Positions 8,338 to 19,960 of a stretch of 64,000 bases of DNA are shown here, piece by piece; position 1 is the first letter of the stretch; every line of letters starts with the position of its first letter. A program made the position numbers and the translations under genes. This DNA is from Capsulimonadaceae bacterium (GTDB lineage Bacteria > Armatimonadota > Armatimonadia > Armatimonadales > Capsulimonadaceae), in NCBI GenBank assembly GCA_965215505.1, contig OZ244065.1:768001-832000 (forward strand), in the 5' to 3' direction. Below the pieces are notes generated by a model, which worked only from the letters and a program-made list of their open reading frames with translations, did no database searches and was not told where the DNA came from.

Positions 8338-10041
8338 CGACTGCTGTGCGGCATACTGCACCTGCGGGTCACGACTCTGTGCGAGGCCGCGCAGGGCGGA
8401 GATGACCGGGGCGTCCTTGCTGCCGGACTCGCCCAATGTCACGGCCGCCCAGGTCTGGGCGGGCGTTCCGCCCGAGGCGATGGCCCTGGTCAAGGCGGGG
8501 ACGACGTCCGATTCGGTCAGCGCACCCATGCGGGCCAGGGTCTGGCTGGCGTTGAACGGGGCGGGCGTCGGCTTGTCGAAAGAGGCGACGAGGGATGGGA
8601 TGGCGGCTTGGGCCAGGGCCGGGGTCACCAGCCCCTGCTGGGCCGCGCCCGCGACCGCGCCGTCGGAGTCCCCGAGGGCACGGACGAGGGTCGGGATGAC
8701 GGCGGGGTTGCCGCTGCGCCCAAGCCCGACGGTCGCGCCCTCGCGGACGGCGGGGGGCGTCGAGGGCCGGTTCAAGACCCCGTCGAGTGCGGCGACGGCC
8801 GGGGGCGTGCCGATTCCGCCAAGCGCCTGGGCGGCGGAGGCTCCGGTGTCCGGGCGGGCCAACGCCGCCGAAAGCGGGCCGACGGCGGGCGAGCCGGCGG
8901 ACTGGACGCCCGCCAGGGCGGCGTCGCGCACGCGGGCGTCGAAGTCGCCCAGGGCGGTGACGAGGGAGGCGATCGCCGTGGGACTGGCGACCGGCCCCAG
9001 GGCGAGGGCGGCCTGGGCGCGCGCCTCGCTGTCGGCGTTCACGTCCTGGAGGACGGCGGCCAGGGTCGGCTCGACGCCCCCGACGAGCGGCAGCGCAGCT
9101 TGGGCCTTCGGCACGGCGGCCTGGGCGTCCGCCAGTGCCTTCTGGGCGGCCGTCCGGGCGGCATCATCCTTCGCGGCGGCGAGAGTGGCCTGAGCCGTGA
9201 CGGCCGCAGTCTGAGCCTTGGTCACGCCGTTGTAGGCGGCCAGGACGACATCAGCGAGGGCGACCTGGGCAAGACGCTGCACGGAGGGCTGGTCGGTCTT
9301 GTTGGCGAGTTTGGTCAGCTCGCCGACGCTGGACGGGGCGGCGATCTGGTCCAGTAGACTGACCATCTGCTGGCGGAAGGCGATGTCACTCTGGGCGTTC
9401 GGGTCTTCCAGGTGTGCGACGACGAGCGGCACGGACGGTGCGCCGATCTTTTGCAGGGCGCTGATGGCCGAATCCTGGGCGGCGGAGAGCGGCAGGACGG
9501 CGTTCACCTGGGCGGCGGCCTTGTCGCCGCCGACCTTGCCCAGCACGTCCACGGCGGCCCCCCGGATGTCCGGGTCGCCGTTGGAAAGCCGGTCCACGAC
9601 GGCCTTGAGGTTGGCGTCGTTCTGGCCCGCAAGCGACGCCAGCCCGGCCTTGGCGATATCCTTGACGGCGGTTTCGCCGTCCTTGCAGAGCGCGAACTCG
9701 GTGTCGAGCGACTCCGTCGGCGTGACCTTGTTCTGGGCCGTCAGGCGGGCGACCGAGTCGGCGGCGTTCTTGCGGATCAGGATGCTGTTGACGTTCTGCG
9801 GGCTGGTCTTGTCCTCGTCCGGATTCTGCGTGTTAATCAAAACGTCCATCAGCCGCCCGTTCGCGACCAGGCCCTGCACCGCCCCATCGCGGACGTTCTG
9901 GTCGGGACTGGCGAGGGCGGCTTCGAGCTTCGCCTGCGAAGACCGGTTATAGCTGACCAGGCCGAAGACGGCTAGGACGAGGGCCGCGACGATGACGATG
10001 GCGCGGAGCCTGGCCCGAAAAAAGGAGAGTACGCTGCTCAT
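8314..10041 (-). CDS. Membrane-anchored HEAT/PBS-lyase repeat protein
   Basis: N-terminal TM segment; repeated 'L.D.D..VR..A..AL' units. Confidence 0.8.
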   Translation of the reverse strand: MSSVLSFFRARLRAIVIVAALVLAVFGLVSYNRSSQAKLEAALASPDQNVRDGAVQGLVANGRLMDVLINTQNPDEDKTSPQNVNSILIRKNAADSVARLTAQNKVTPTESLDTEFALCKDGETAVKDIAKAGLASLAGQNDANLKAVVDRLSNGDPDIRGAAVDVLGKVGGDKAAAQVNAVLPLSAAQDSAISALQKIGAPSVPLVVAHLEDPNAQSDIAFRQQMVSLLDQIAAPSSVGELTKLANKTDQPSVQRLAQVALADVVLAAYNGVTKAQTAAVTAQATLAAAKDDAARTAAQKALADAQAAVPKAQAALPLVGGVEPTLAAVLQDVNADSEARAQAALALGPVASPTAIASLVTALGDFDARVRDAALAGVQSAGSPAVGPLSAALARPDTGASAAQALGGIGTPPAVAALDGVLNRPSTPPAVREGATVGLGRSGNPAVIPTLVRALGDSDGAVAGAAQQGLVTPALAQAAIPSLVASFDKPTPAPFNASQTLARMGALTESDVVPALTRAIASGGTPAQTWAAVTLGESGSKDAPVISALRGLAQSRDPQVQYAAQQSLVQLVGA

Positions 10042-10067
10042 AGGGTTCCCCCGGTGGTGATAGGCTT

Positions 10068-10096
10068 ATCTTAAACGAAACGGCGGGGTTTGTCAA
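10068..10096 (-). promoter_or_regulatory. Sigma70-type promoter of the HEAT-repeat gene
   Basis: Minus strand TTGACA-N17-TAAGAT. Confidence 0.6.
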
Positions 10097-10139
10097 GCGG
10101 GACAAGGAGAAGGGGCTGCCCGTGGCGAACTAGGGCCGC

Positions 10140-10817
10140 ATGAGCCTACGGATCGCCATTCTCCTCTCGGGCCGGCACGGGCGCGGGAGCAACATGCAGG
10201 CCATCGCCCAGGCGTGTGCCGACAACCGGATTGACGGCCAGGTCGTCGCCGTCGTCGGCAACCATGCCGACTCGCCCGCACTGGCCCGCGCCCAAGAACT
10301 TGGGCTGGCCGCTGCCGCCGTCTCCTCCCGGCAGGACGAAATCGCCTACGCCGACGCACTGCTGACGGCCTTACGCGGCGCGGACGCCGACCTGGTCTGC
10401 CTGGCCGGCTACATGCGAAAGGTGCCTGATGCCGTCCTTGCAGCCTACACAGGCCGGATGATGAACATCCACGCCGCCCTGCTGCCCGCTTTCGGTGGCA
10501 AGGGGATGTACGGGCAGCACATCCATCAGGCGGTGCTGGACTACGGCGCGAAGGTTTCAGGCTGCACCGTGCATTTCGTGGACGCGGGCTACGACACCGG
10601 CCCGATCATCCTGCAAACGCCTGTGGCGGTAGAAGAGGACGATACGGCGGAGACATTGGCCGCGCGTGTCCTGGCCGCCGAACACCAGACGTATCCGCAG
10701 GCGGTCGCGCTGTTCGCGGAAGGGCGGCTGCGGCTGGAAGGACGGCGGGTGGCGGTCCTACCCCCGTCACCCGCCCTTCCCTCCGAGGGAGGGGGCGGCG
10801 CGCAGCGCCGGGGGTAG
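10140..10817 (+). CDS. purN: Phosphoribosylglycinamide formyltransferase
   Basis: GSNMQAI, LAGYMR, MNIHAALLPAFGG, GCTVHFVDAGYDTGPII motifs. Confidence 0.95.
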   Translation: MSLRIAILLSGRHGRGSNMQAIAQACADNRIDGQVVAVVGNHADSPALARAQELGLAAAAVSSRQDEIAYADALLTALRGADADLVCLAGYMRKVPDAVLAAYTGRMMNIHAALLPAFGGKGMYGQHIHQAVLDYGAKVSGCTVHFVDAGYDTGPIILQTPVAVEEDDTAETLAARVLAAEHQTYPQAVALFAEGRLRLEGRRVAVLPPSPALPSEGGGGAQRRG

Positions 10818-10819
10818 GA
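10756..10819. repeat. Short palindromic element at the purN/kdsA convergence
   Basis: 11-bp perfect outer inverted repeat (TCCTACCCCCG/CGGGGGTAGGA) enclosing CCGCCCTTCCCTC..GAGGGAGGGGGCGG and GGCGC-GCA-GCGCC hairpins. Confidence 0.65.
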
Positions 10820-12871
<2,052 letters not shown>

Positions 12872-12875
<4 letters not shown>

Positions 12876-14005
12876 CTCGGGGCCTTGTCGGACTCGCGCC
12901 GGTAGAGCGCTTCGATGCGGTCAACCATGCGGCCTATGGAGAAATGCGCGGCGGCGCGCGCCCGCCCGGCTTCACCCATGTCATGCCGCAGGCACGGGGC
13001 CGCCGCCAGCCGGGAAAGCGCGGCGGCAAAGGCGGCGGGTTCGGAGGCGGGGACCAGCAGGCCGGTTTCGCCGTCCGTCACCAGTTCGGGCGTACCCCCC
13101 ACCCGGCTCGCGACGAGCGGCTTCCCCAGCGCCATCGCCTGCAAGATGGCGGGCGAGCAGGGTTCCGGCCAGATGGAGGGAACGGCGACGATGTCCAGGG
13201 CGGCGATGACGTTGTTCACGTCATCCCGGAAGCCGGTAAAAATGACCTTCTTGGCGACGCCCAGCGCCGAAAGGTCCCGCCGCAAGGCCGGCATGTCCGG
13301 GCCGTTGCCGACGACCACGGCGCGCAGGCACGGGTGTCGGTCCGCCAGCAGCCGCAGCGCCTCGAACAGCTCGCGGTGGCCTTTCTCCGGCGCGACACGC
13401 CCGACGATGCCGACGGCGATGTCTCCGGGGGTCAGGCCGAGTTTCGCGCGCAGCGCGGGCACGTCGTCGGTCAGCGCGCGGAGCGCCTCGACGTCGGTGC
13501 CATGATGAATGACCTCCATCCGGCCCGGCACGACCCCGTTCGCAAGGTGCATGTCGCGCACCGAGTCGGAAATGGCGATCAGGCGCTTGTGCAGGAAGGC
13601 GAGGATGAAGCGGCCACGCGCCCGGTTCCGAAACGGGAACGGCAGGTGCCAGGTCAGGAAGGATGCGGGCACGCCGGCCAGCCGGGCGGCGGCGGCGGGG
13701 ACGAGCGCGTCTTCCTGGTTGTGGGCGTGGATGACGTCCACCTTCTCCCGGCGGAAGAAGTCCCGGAGCCGCCCGAAGTCGGTCCAGTCCGACTGCCGCT
13801 TGACGGTCGCCTCAAAGGTTTCCAGGCCCATCGCCTGGGCGCGGGTCAGGACGAACTTGCCCGGCCGACCCGCCACGAGGACGCGGTGGCCGCGCGAACG
13901 CAGTTGGTCGGCCAGGGTCAGCAGGTGAAGCTCCAGGCCGCCCCACGCTTCAAGGTTGGTGGCGACCTGCACGATGGTCAGCGGGCGCGAGGGGGAAGAC
14001 GTCAA
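12872..14005 (-). CDS. GT4 glycosyltransferase
   Basis: GGLELH, VGRVAPEKGH, FTGFRDDV, QAMALGKPLVASRVGGTPE. TTG start overlaps the upstream TGA (TTGA); the track's N-terminal extension is a shadow frame. Confidence 0.88.
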
Positions 14006-15144
14006 GAGGCGACCGCCTTCTGCCCCGGTGCCGCGCCGCGGACGGCCTCGTACTCGCGCTGATAGAGGGCCTCGATGCGGTCCGTCATCAGGCTCAGGGA
14101 AAAATGGGACTCGACCCGCTCCCGGCCCGACGCGCCCAGGCGCTTGCGGAGGAAGGCGTCGCCGGCCAGGCGCGCGATGGCGTCCGCGAGGGCGGGGGCG
14201 TCGGACGGGGCCACGAGCAGGCCCGTCTCGCCGTCCGTGATCATCTCCGGCGTCCCGCCCGCGCGGGTCCCGACGACCGGCCGCCCCAGGGCCATGGCCT
14301 GCTGGACGACGGCGGCGCACGGCTCATTCCAGGTCGAGGGCAGGGTCAGGATGTCCAGGGCGGCGATGACATTGTTGACGTCCGGCCGGAACCCGGCGAA
14401 GACGACGCGGTCTTCCAAACCGAGCGCCCGCACCGCGGCGCGGACGGCGGCATCGGACGGCCCATCGCCGACGATGACGAAGCGCAAGGGGTAGCGGTCG
14501 CCGAGCAGGGCGGCGGCTTGCAGCAGGATTTGGTGGCCCTTCTCGGGGGCGACACGCCCGACGATGCCCACCGTCAGGCAGTCGTCGGCGATGCCCAGGC
14601 CGCGCCGGACGCTCGACGGGGAGGCGGTCGTCTGGATGAACTCCTCGATGTTCGTGCCGTGGTGGATGACCTCGACCTTCTCCGGGGGGACGCCGCAGGC
14701 GAGCAGCGTCTCGCGCACGGACGCCGAGACGGTGACCAGCCGGGTCCACAGCACCTGGCTGTAGAGCCACGTCCCGAGCCGGTTCTTGAAAGGGTACGGC
14801 ATGTGGCGCGTCATGATGCGGACGGGGACATGGGCGCGCAGGGCGGCGGCGGGTGGCACGATCATGTCGGTACTCCAGTGGGCGTGGACCACGTCGATCC
14901 GCTTCTCCTGGAGGAACCGGCGCAGCGCGCCGTAGTCGTGCCAGTCGTTCTGCTTCTGGACCGTGATCGGGACCGTCGCCAGGCCCATCTGCCGCGCGCG
15001 CTCCTCGACGAACCGGCCCGGACGGCAGGCGACGGTGACGTCGTACCCCCGGAGCTTGAGCTGCTGCGAGAGGTTCAGGGCGTGCAGCTCCGCCCCGCCC
15101 CAGTTGGGGAACGCGGAGGCCACTTGCAGCACGGAAAGGGGCAT
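14002..15144 (-). CDS. GT4 glycosyltransferase (paralogue of the adjacent GT4)
   Basis: GGAELH, VGRVAPEKGH, QAMALGRPVVGTRAGGTPE motifs. Confidence 0.9.
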   Translation of the reverse strand: MPLSVLQVASAFPNWGGAELHALNLSQQLKLRGYDVTVACRPGRFVEERARQMGLATVPITVQKQNDWHDYGALRRFLQEKRIDVVHAHWSTDMIVPPAAALRAHVPVRIMTRHMPYPFKNRLGTWLYSQVLWTRLVTVSASVRETLLACGVPPEKVEVIHHGTNIEEFIQTTASPSSVRRGLGIADDCLTVGIVGRVAPEKGHQILLQAAALLGDRYPLRFVIVGDGPSDAAVRAAVRALGLEDRVVFAGFRPDVNNVIAALDILTLPSTWNEPCAAVVQQAMALGRPVVGTRAGGTPEMITDGETGLLVAPSDAPALADAIARLAGDAFLRKRLGASGRERVESHFSLSLMTDRIEALYQREYEAVRGAAPGQKAVAS

Positions 15145-15152
15145 GGACGCGG

Positions 15153-15689
15153 TTATCCTTTGGTCCCGGCGGCGGGCGTACCGTAGGCGGCGCAGACGCG
15201 GGCGATGACGTCGGTGGAGGACCGGCCCGCGACCAGCGACAGCAGGCGCACGTCGCCGCCGTAGGCGCGCACGACGGCGGCTTCGGGCAGATCCTCCTCG
15301 CGGTAGTCGCCGCCCTTGACGTAGACGGCGGGGCGCAGCGCCTCGATCAGCGGAACCGGAGTCCGCGTCGCGAACGGGACCACATAGTCCACGCAGGCCA
15401 GGGCCGCCAGCATCTCCATCCGCTCGGCCAGCGGGACGATGGGCCGCAGGTCGCCTTTGAAGCTGCGTACCGACTCGTCGGCATTGACCGCGATGACCAG
15501 GGCGTCCCCGCAGGCGCGGGCCTCGGCTAGATAGCGGGCGTGGCCGACGTGGAGCAGGTCGAAGACGCCGTTCGTGAAGACGACGGTCTCGCCCGATGCC
15601 TGCCGGGCCGCGACCAGTGGCGTCAGTTCTTCGAGCGTCTTGACCTTGTCTGCTGTGCTAACGGGCGCTGACGGGGAGTGCGATGCCAT
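15153..15689 (-). CDS. hldC: D-glycero-beta-D-manno-heptose 1-phosphate adenylyltransferase (RfaE domain II)
   Basis: VFTNGVFDLLHVGH, NADESVRSFKG, RPI, VKGGDY, GRSST motifs. Confidence 0.92.
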   Translation of the reverse strand: MASHSPSAPVSTADKVKTLEELTPLVAARQASGETVVFTNGVFDLLHVGHARYLAEARACGDALVIAVNADESVRSFKGDLRPIVPLAERMEMLAALACVDYVVPFATRTPVPLIEALRPAVYVKGGDYREEDLPEAAVVRAYGGDVRLLSLVAGRSSTDVIARVCAAYGTPAAGTKG

Positions 15690-16749
15690 GGGATCTCCTT
15701 TCAGGCCGGCTCATCCGTAGGTCGAGGGCGGCGATCACGGCGGGGACGCTCAGGTCCTGCATGCACATCATGTCGCCGCGCGCGCAGATGCGGTCGCGGC
15801 ACGGCACGCAGAGCAGCGCCCGGTCAATCAAGACGGTGCTGGTGTCGGTCAGCGGCCCCGTCCGGTCCGGGTCCGCCGCGCCCGAGAGGACGACGAGCGG
15901 CGTGCCGACGGCGGCCCCGATGTGCATCGGGCCGGTGTCGCAGGTCAGCAGGGCGTCCGCGCGGGCCAGGACGGCCCCGAACTCCTTGACGGTCAGCCGC
16001 CCGGCCAGGTTGATGATGCGCGCGTCGGCGGAAGACACCTCGCGCGCCAAGGCGACCTCGTCCAACCCGTCCATGACCGTCTTGAAGGAGGCGGGCGCTC
16101 CGGTCACGGCCACCCTGACGCCAGGCTCTCCGGCCCAATGGGCGGCGACAGCGCGGAATCGTTCCAGCGGCCAGCGGTTGAGCGGACGGGAGGCGGCGGG
16201 GTTGATGACCAGCAGCCGGTCGGCCGGCAGCACCCCGGCCTCGGCGACCTTCCGCGACGCCGCCCGCCGGTCGGCATCGGGAATGATGAAATCCAGCGAC
16301 CGGTCGGAAAGCGGGGCGACGCCCAGTGGAGCCAGCTCTTTATAAAAATCGTCCACGGCGTGGGCGACGCGGCCCGTCTCGGGCCGAACCGCCATGCACT
16401 TCGTGAAGGTCAGGCGCGTCCGCGCGCCGCTGGCCGCCGCCATCAGGTACGACTTGGCGCTCGGGTGCAGGTTGATGACCAGGTCATAACGCGCCCGCGC
16501 CACACGCCACAGGAACGGCACGAAGTGGTCGAGCCGCGAGTCCACCCCGCGCTTGTCGAACACGATCACGTCCCGCACGCAGGCATGCCCCGACAGGGCA
16601 TCCTTCATGCCGCCGCCGACGATGAAGTCAATGACGATGCCCGGAAAGGCCGCATGGAGGGCGCGCACGGAAGGCGTCGCCAGCAGGATGTCGCCCATGC
16701 CGCCGAACCGGATGAACAGGGCGCGTTTGAAGTCACAGGATTGGGTCAT
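15658..16749 (-). CDS. GT9 heptosyltransferase family protein
   Basis: GGMGDILLATP, CDTGPMHIGAAVG motifs; C-terminal CVPC-x4-C-x6-C. Confidence 0.9.
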   Translation of the reverse strand: MTQSCDFKRALFIRFGGMGDILLATPSVRALHAAFPGIVIDFIVGGGMKDALSGHACVRDVIVFDKRGVDSRLDHFVPFLWRVARARYDLVINLHPSAKSYLMAAASGARTRLTFTKCMAVRPETGRVAHAVDDFYKELAPLGVAPLSDRSLDFIIPDADRRAASRKVAEAGVLPADRLLVINPAASRPLNRWPLERFRAVAAHWAGEPGVRVAVTGAPASFKTVMDGLDEVALAREVSSADARIINLAGRLTVKEFGAVLARADALLTCDTGPMHIGAAVGTPLVVLSGAADPDRTGPLTDTSTVLIDRALLCVPCRDRICARGDMMCMQDLSVPAVIAALDLRMSRPERRSHGIALPVSAR

Positions 16750-16783
16750 CAGTGATCCGACAGCAGACCGAAACAGACGAAAA

Positions 16784-18904
16784 TCAGACGGGACTCAGTT
16801 TCCCCACCGCAGCCCGACTCTGCGCCAGGAGCGAAAGCGCCGCCGCCCGCACGGCCCCGATCTCCAGGGAAGCCATCGTGCCGTCCGGCGATTCAAGAAC
16901 GCGGTGGCACGGCCCGTAGTTCCCCCACTTGCGCGGGTTGGTCGGCCCGAACAGGGAGACGGTGGGCACGCCGAGCGCGACGGCGGAGTGCATGATGGCG
17001 GTGTCGTTGCCGACGAACAGGCCAAGCTCGGACACCAGCGCGAGCGACCCGCGCAGGTCGCAGGCACCCGCGAAGGAGACGACGCGCGCCCGCGTCTCCG
17101 GGGGACAGCAGGCCAGCAGCTCCTCGGCGGCGTCCCGCTCGTCGGGGCCGCCGATCAGAGCGATTCGCAGGCGCGGGTCCTGCCCGAGCAGAGCCTCGGC
17201 CACCTCGGCGAAGCAGGCCGCGCCCCAGCGCTTGCGGGGCAGGCTGGCACCCGGCTGGATGCCGACGAGGCAGTGGCGGGGGATGTCCATGCCGAACGCC
17301 TCCCGCAGCCGCGTCCGCGCCCGCCGCGTCTCGTCCTCGCTCACCCACAGCTCCAGGGCGGGGTTGACCGGCGCGTAGGGCGCGACGGCGTGCAGGACAT
17401 CAAAATAGCAGGCGACCTCGCTCTTCTCCCGGTCGTAAGGGACGCGGCGGTTCAGCAGCGGCCCGCGCCCCTCCGACTCGAAGCCCGCCCGGACGCGGAT
17501 GCCGCCGAGCCAGGGCGTCAGGGCCGAGTGGAAGGAGCGGTTGAGGGCGAGGCAGAGGTCGAAGCGGCCCGCCCGGAGCCGCCGCACGAGGCTGAGGTAG
17601 GGCCGCCTCCCCCGGTCGGACTTGTACGGGTCGAACTCGATGATCTCGTCCAGGTACGGGTTGTTTTGCAGCAGGACGCGCGCGTTCTTCCCGGTCAGGA
17701 GGGCGATGTGGGCGTCCGGCCACTGCGCCCGCGCCGCCCGGAAGATCGGGATCGCGAGCAGGGTGTCGCCGATGAACCGGAACTTGGTGGCGATGAGGAT
17801 GCGCCGGACATCGCCGCCGACTTTCGGCTCGTAGGGGCGGACGACGGCATCCCGTCCGGGCCGGACGGCCGCGACCTGTGGCAGCAGGGTCAGTCGCCCA
17901 CGGCGGAGCCGCAGCAGGCGGCGGGCGGCCACGATGACCTCGTCCGGCGAGATCGCCCGCAGGCAGTCGTACCGGCCCTCGCAGGTCGGGTGGTTGCCGC
18001 AGGGCGCGCACGGCAGGGCCTTATAGATCGCCTCGGAACGGTCATCGAAGGGACCCGTCACGGCGGGGTCGGTCGAGCCGAAGAGGGCCAGGGTGGGCGT
18101 CCCGACCGCCGTCGCCAGGTGCATCGGCCCCGAGTCGGCGCTCAGAAGCAGGTCACACCTCTGGAGGACGGCGGCCAGCGTCTTGACCGAGGTCCGGCCC
18201 ACGAGGTTGACGGGCCGGGCGCGCTGGGTGAGCCGCATGACCTCGGCGGCAAGGGCGGTGTCCTCGATCCCCGAACCAACCAGAACGCAGGGGGTGTCCG
18301 CCAGGCCGTCCAGGGCCAGCGCGAATGAGGCGGCGAACCAGCGCTTCTGCGGCCGGGTCGCGCCGACGTTGACGGCGAGTACGGGGCCGTCCGCCGTGAT
18401 TCCTGCGGCGGCCAGGAGGGCCGTAGAGGCCGCCTTGGACTCGTCATCCACGGTCACGACCAGCCGGCGGGCGTCCCGACTCGGCGCGTCCGGCAGGGGC
18501 ATCGTGTCCAGCATGGCGTCGGCCATATGGGTCGCGCGGGTCTGCCGCAGCTCGGTCAGGAATCGGTTCATGCCGCGCCCGCCCTGCCCGACGCGGCGCG
18601 GGGTGCGGGCGAGCCAGGCGGCGGCGGCATACGCGGACAGGGGCGGCAGGATGACGGCGTCCGTATACTTGCCGTCGCGGAGCAGGCGGTAGGTCTGCAC
18701 CACGCGCGCCCAGCTCCCGCGCGCCGTGCGCGCGATGATCGTGTCAAGGTCCGGGTTGTTTTGCAGGACCTCCGCCGCCGCGCCCGCCCCGACGACGGTG
18801 TCGATCCGGGCCTCGGGGTAGGCGCGGCGCAGGGCGGCGATGGCCGGGGTGGTCAGCAGGGCATCCCCCATGTAGTTCATGTTGACGACCAAAAACTTGT
18901 GCAT
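16784..18904 (-). CDS. Fused tandem GT9-GT9 heptosyltransferase (WaaF-like x2)
   Basis: Two complete GT9 modules: NYMGDALLTTP...DSGPMHLA and RFIGDTLLAIP...NDTAIMHSA. Confidence 0.88.
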   Translation of the reverse strand: MHKFLVVNMNYMGDALLTTPAIAALRRAYPEARIDTVVGAGAAAEVLQNNPDLDTIIARTARGSWARVVQTYRLLRDGKYTDAVILPPLSAYAAAAWLARTPRRVGQGGRGMNRFLTELRQTRATHMADAMLDTMPLPDAPSRDARRLVVTVDDESKAASTALLAAAGITADGPVLAVNVGATRPQKRWFAASFALALDGLADTPCVLVGSGIEDTALAAEVMRLTQRARPVNLVGRTSVKTLAAVLQRCDLLLSADSGPMHLATAVGTPTLALFGSTDPAVTGPFDDRSEAIYKALPCAPCGNHPTCEGRYDCLRAISPDEVIVAARRLLRLRRGRLTLLPQVAAVRPGRDAVVRPYEPKVGGDVRRILIATKFRFIGDTLLAIPIFRAARAQWPDAHIALLTGKNARVLLQNNPYLDEIIEFDPYKSDRGRRPYLSLVRRLRAGRFDLCLALNRSFHSALTPWLGGIRVRAGFESEGRGPLLNRRVPYDREKSEVACYFDVLHAVAPYAPVNPALELWVSEDETRRARTRLREAFGMDIPRHCLVGIQPGASLPRKRWGAACFAEVAEALLGQDPRLRIALIGGPDERDAAEELLACCPPETRARVVSFAGACDLRGSLALVSELGLFVGNDTAIMHSAVALGVPTVSLFGPTNPRKWGNYGPCHRVLESPDGTMASLEIGAVRAAALSLLAQSRAAVGKLSPV

Positions 18905-18910
18905 CGTTAG

Positions 18911-19960
18911 TCAGTTTACCCGCAAGACGGCCAGTTTCCCGCCGACCGCCGCCAGAACGTCTTCGGGCGTGATCCGCGCCAGGCACGCCGCCCCTGCCTC
19001 GTCGCTGGGGCGCTTGCCCGGAACCACCGCGCCGGGCGCGGGGTCGTGCAGGACGACGTTCCGCGCACCGTAAGGCCCGTGCCGGGCGGGGTCCGTCGCG
19101 CCGAACAGGGCGACGACGGGCGTGCCGACGGCGACGGCAATATGCATGGGGCCGGTGTCCGCCGTCACCAGCAGGTCGCAGGCGGCAAGAACTGACGCCA
19201 GCTCGCGCAGAGTCGTTTCGCCGGCAAGGTCCACATACCCCGCCGCCAGACCCGGCAGGATTTCGGCCACGGCCTGTGCGTCGTTCCTGTCGCCGACGAA
19301 GACGACGCCCGACCCGGAGATCGTTAATGCCCGCGCGACGGACGCCCACCGCTCGACCGGCCAGCGCTTGTAGGCGCGGGACGCGCCGACGTTCAGCGCG
19401 ATCCAGGGGCGCGGCAGGCCCGCAAGCCACTCGCCCGCCCGCCGCGCCCCCTCGGCGGCCAGGTACGTCTGCGGCGTGAACTCCGGGTGCGCGACATGGA
19501 CGCCGAGCGCCTCGGCGAAGCCATACAGCAGGTCCACCTCGTGCCGGTCCCGTGCCCGTCCGGGGATGACGGGGTGCGTCAGGAACAGGGCGTTCGCCTC
19601 GCGGTTCCGGTCCCAGCCCGCGCGCACCGGTGCGCCCGACAGCCATGTCGCCAGGCCGCTCAGGAAAAGCCCCTGCATGTCCAGGGCGATCTCATAGCGG
19701 TCCGCCCGCAGTTCGGCCCGGAGCGCCCGAATCTCACCCAGGGAGGGCCTGTCGGGCATGACATACAGGCGGTCAACAAACGGGTTGCCGCGCAGGACGT
19801 CCGCACAGCGACGGCGGACCACCCAGCCCAGCGTCAGGCGCGGCGCGGCCTCCTTGATCGCCTGCACGACCGGCAGTGCGTGGATCACGTCGCCGATGGA
19901 ACTGGTCTTGACGACCAGCAGATGTGAGATGTCAGTGAGCGGCGGCAGGGGCCTGGGCAT
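18911..19960 (-). CDS. GT9 heptosyltransferase I-like (WaaC-like)
   Basis: VKTSSIGDVIHALP, DMQGLFLSG, ADTGPMHIA motifs; start at ATG 19960 overlapping the lpxL 3' end. Confidence 0.88.
   Translation of the reverse strand: MPRPLPPLTDISHLLVVKTSSIGDVIHALPVVQAIKEAAPRLTLGWVVRRRCADVLRGNPFVDRLYVMPDRPSLGEIRALRAELRADRYEIALDMQGLFLSGLATWLSGAPVRAGWDRNREANALFLTHPVIPGRARDRHEVDLLYGFAEALGVHVAHPEFTPQTYLAAEGARRAGEWLAGLPRPWIALNVGASRAYKRWPVERWASVARALTISGSGVVFVGDRNDAQAVAEILPGLAAGYVDLAGETTLRELASVLAACDLLVTADTGPMHIAVAVGTPVVALFGATDPARHGPYGARNVVLHDPAPGAVVPGKRPSDEAGAACLARITPEDVLAAVGGKLAVLRVN

Noticed and set aside
14006-14320. Arg-rich N-terminal extension of the GT4 at 12872
   Set aside because: Alternate frame inside the upstream GT4; a TTGA-coupled start at 14005 fits better.
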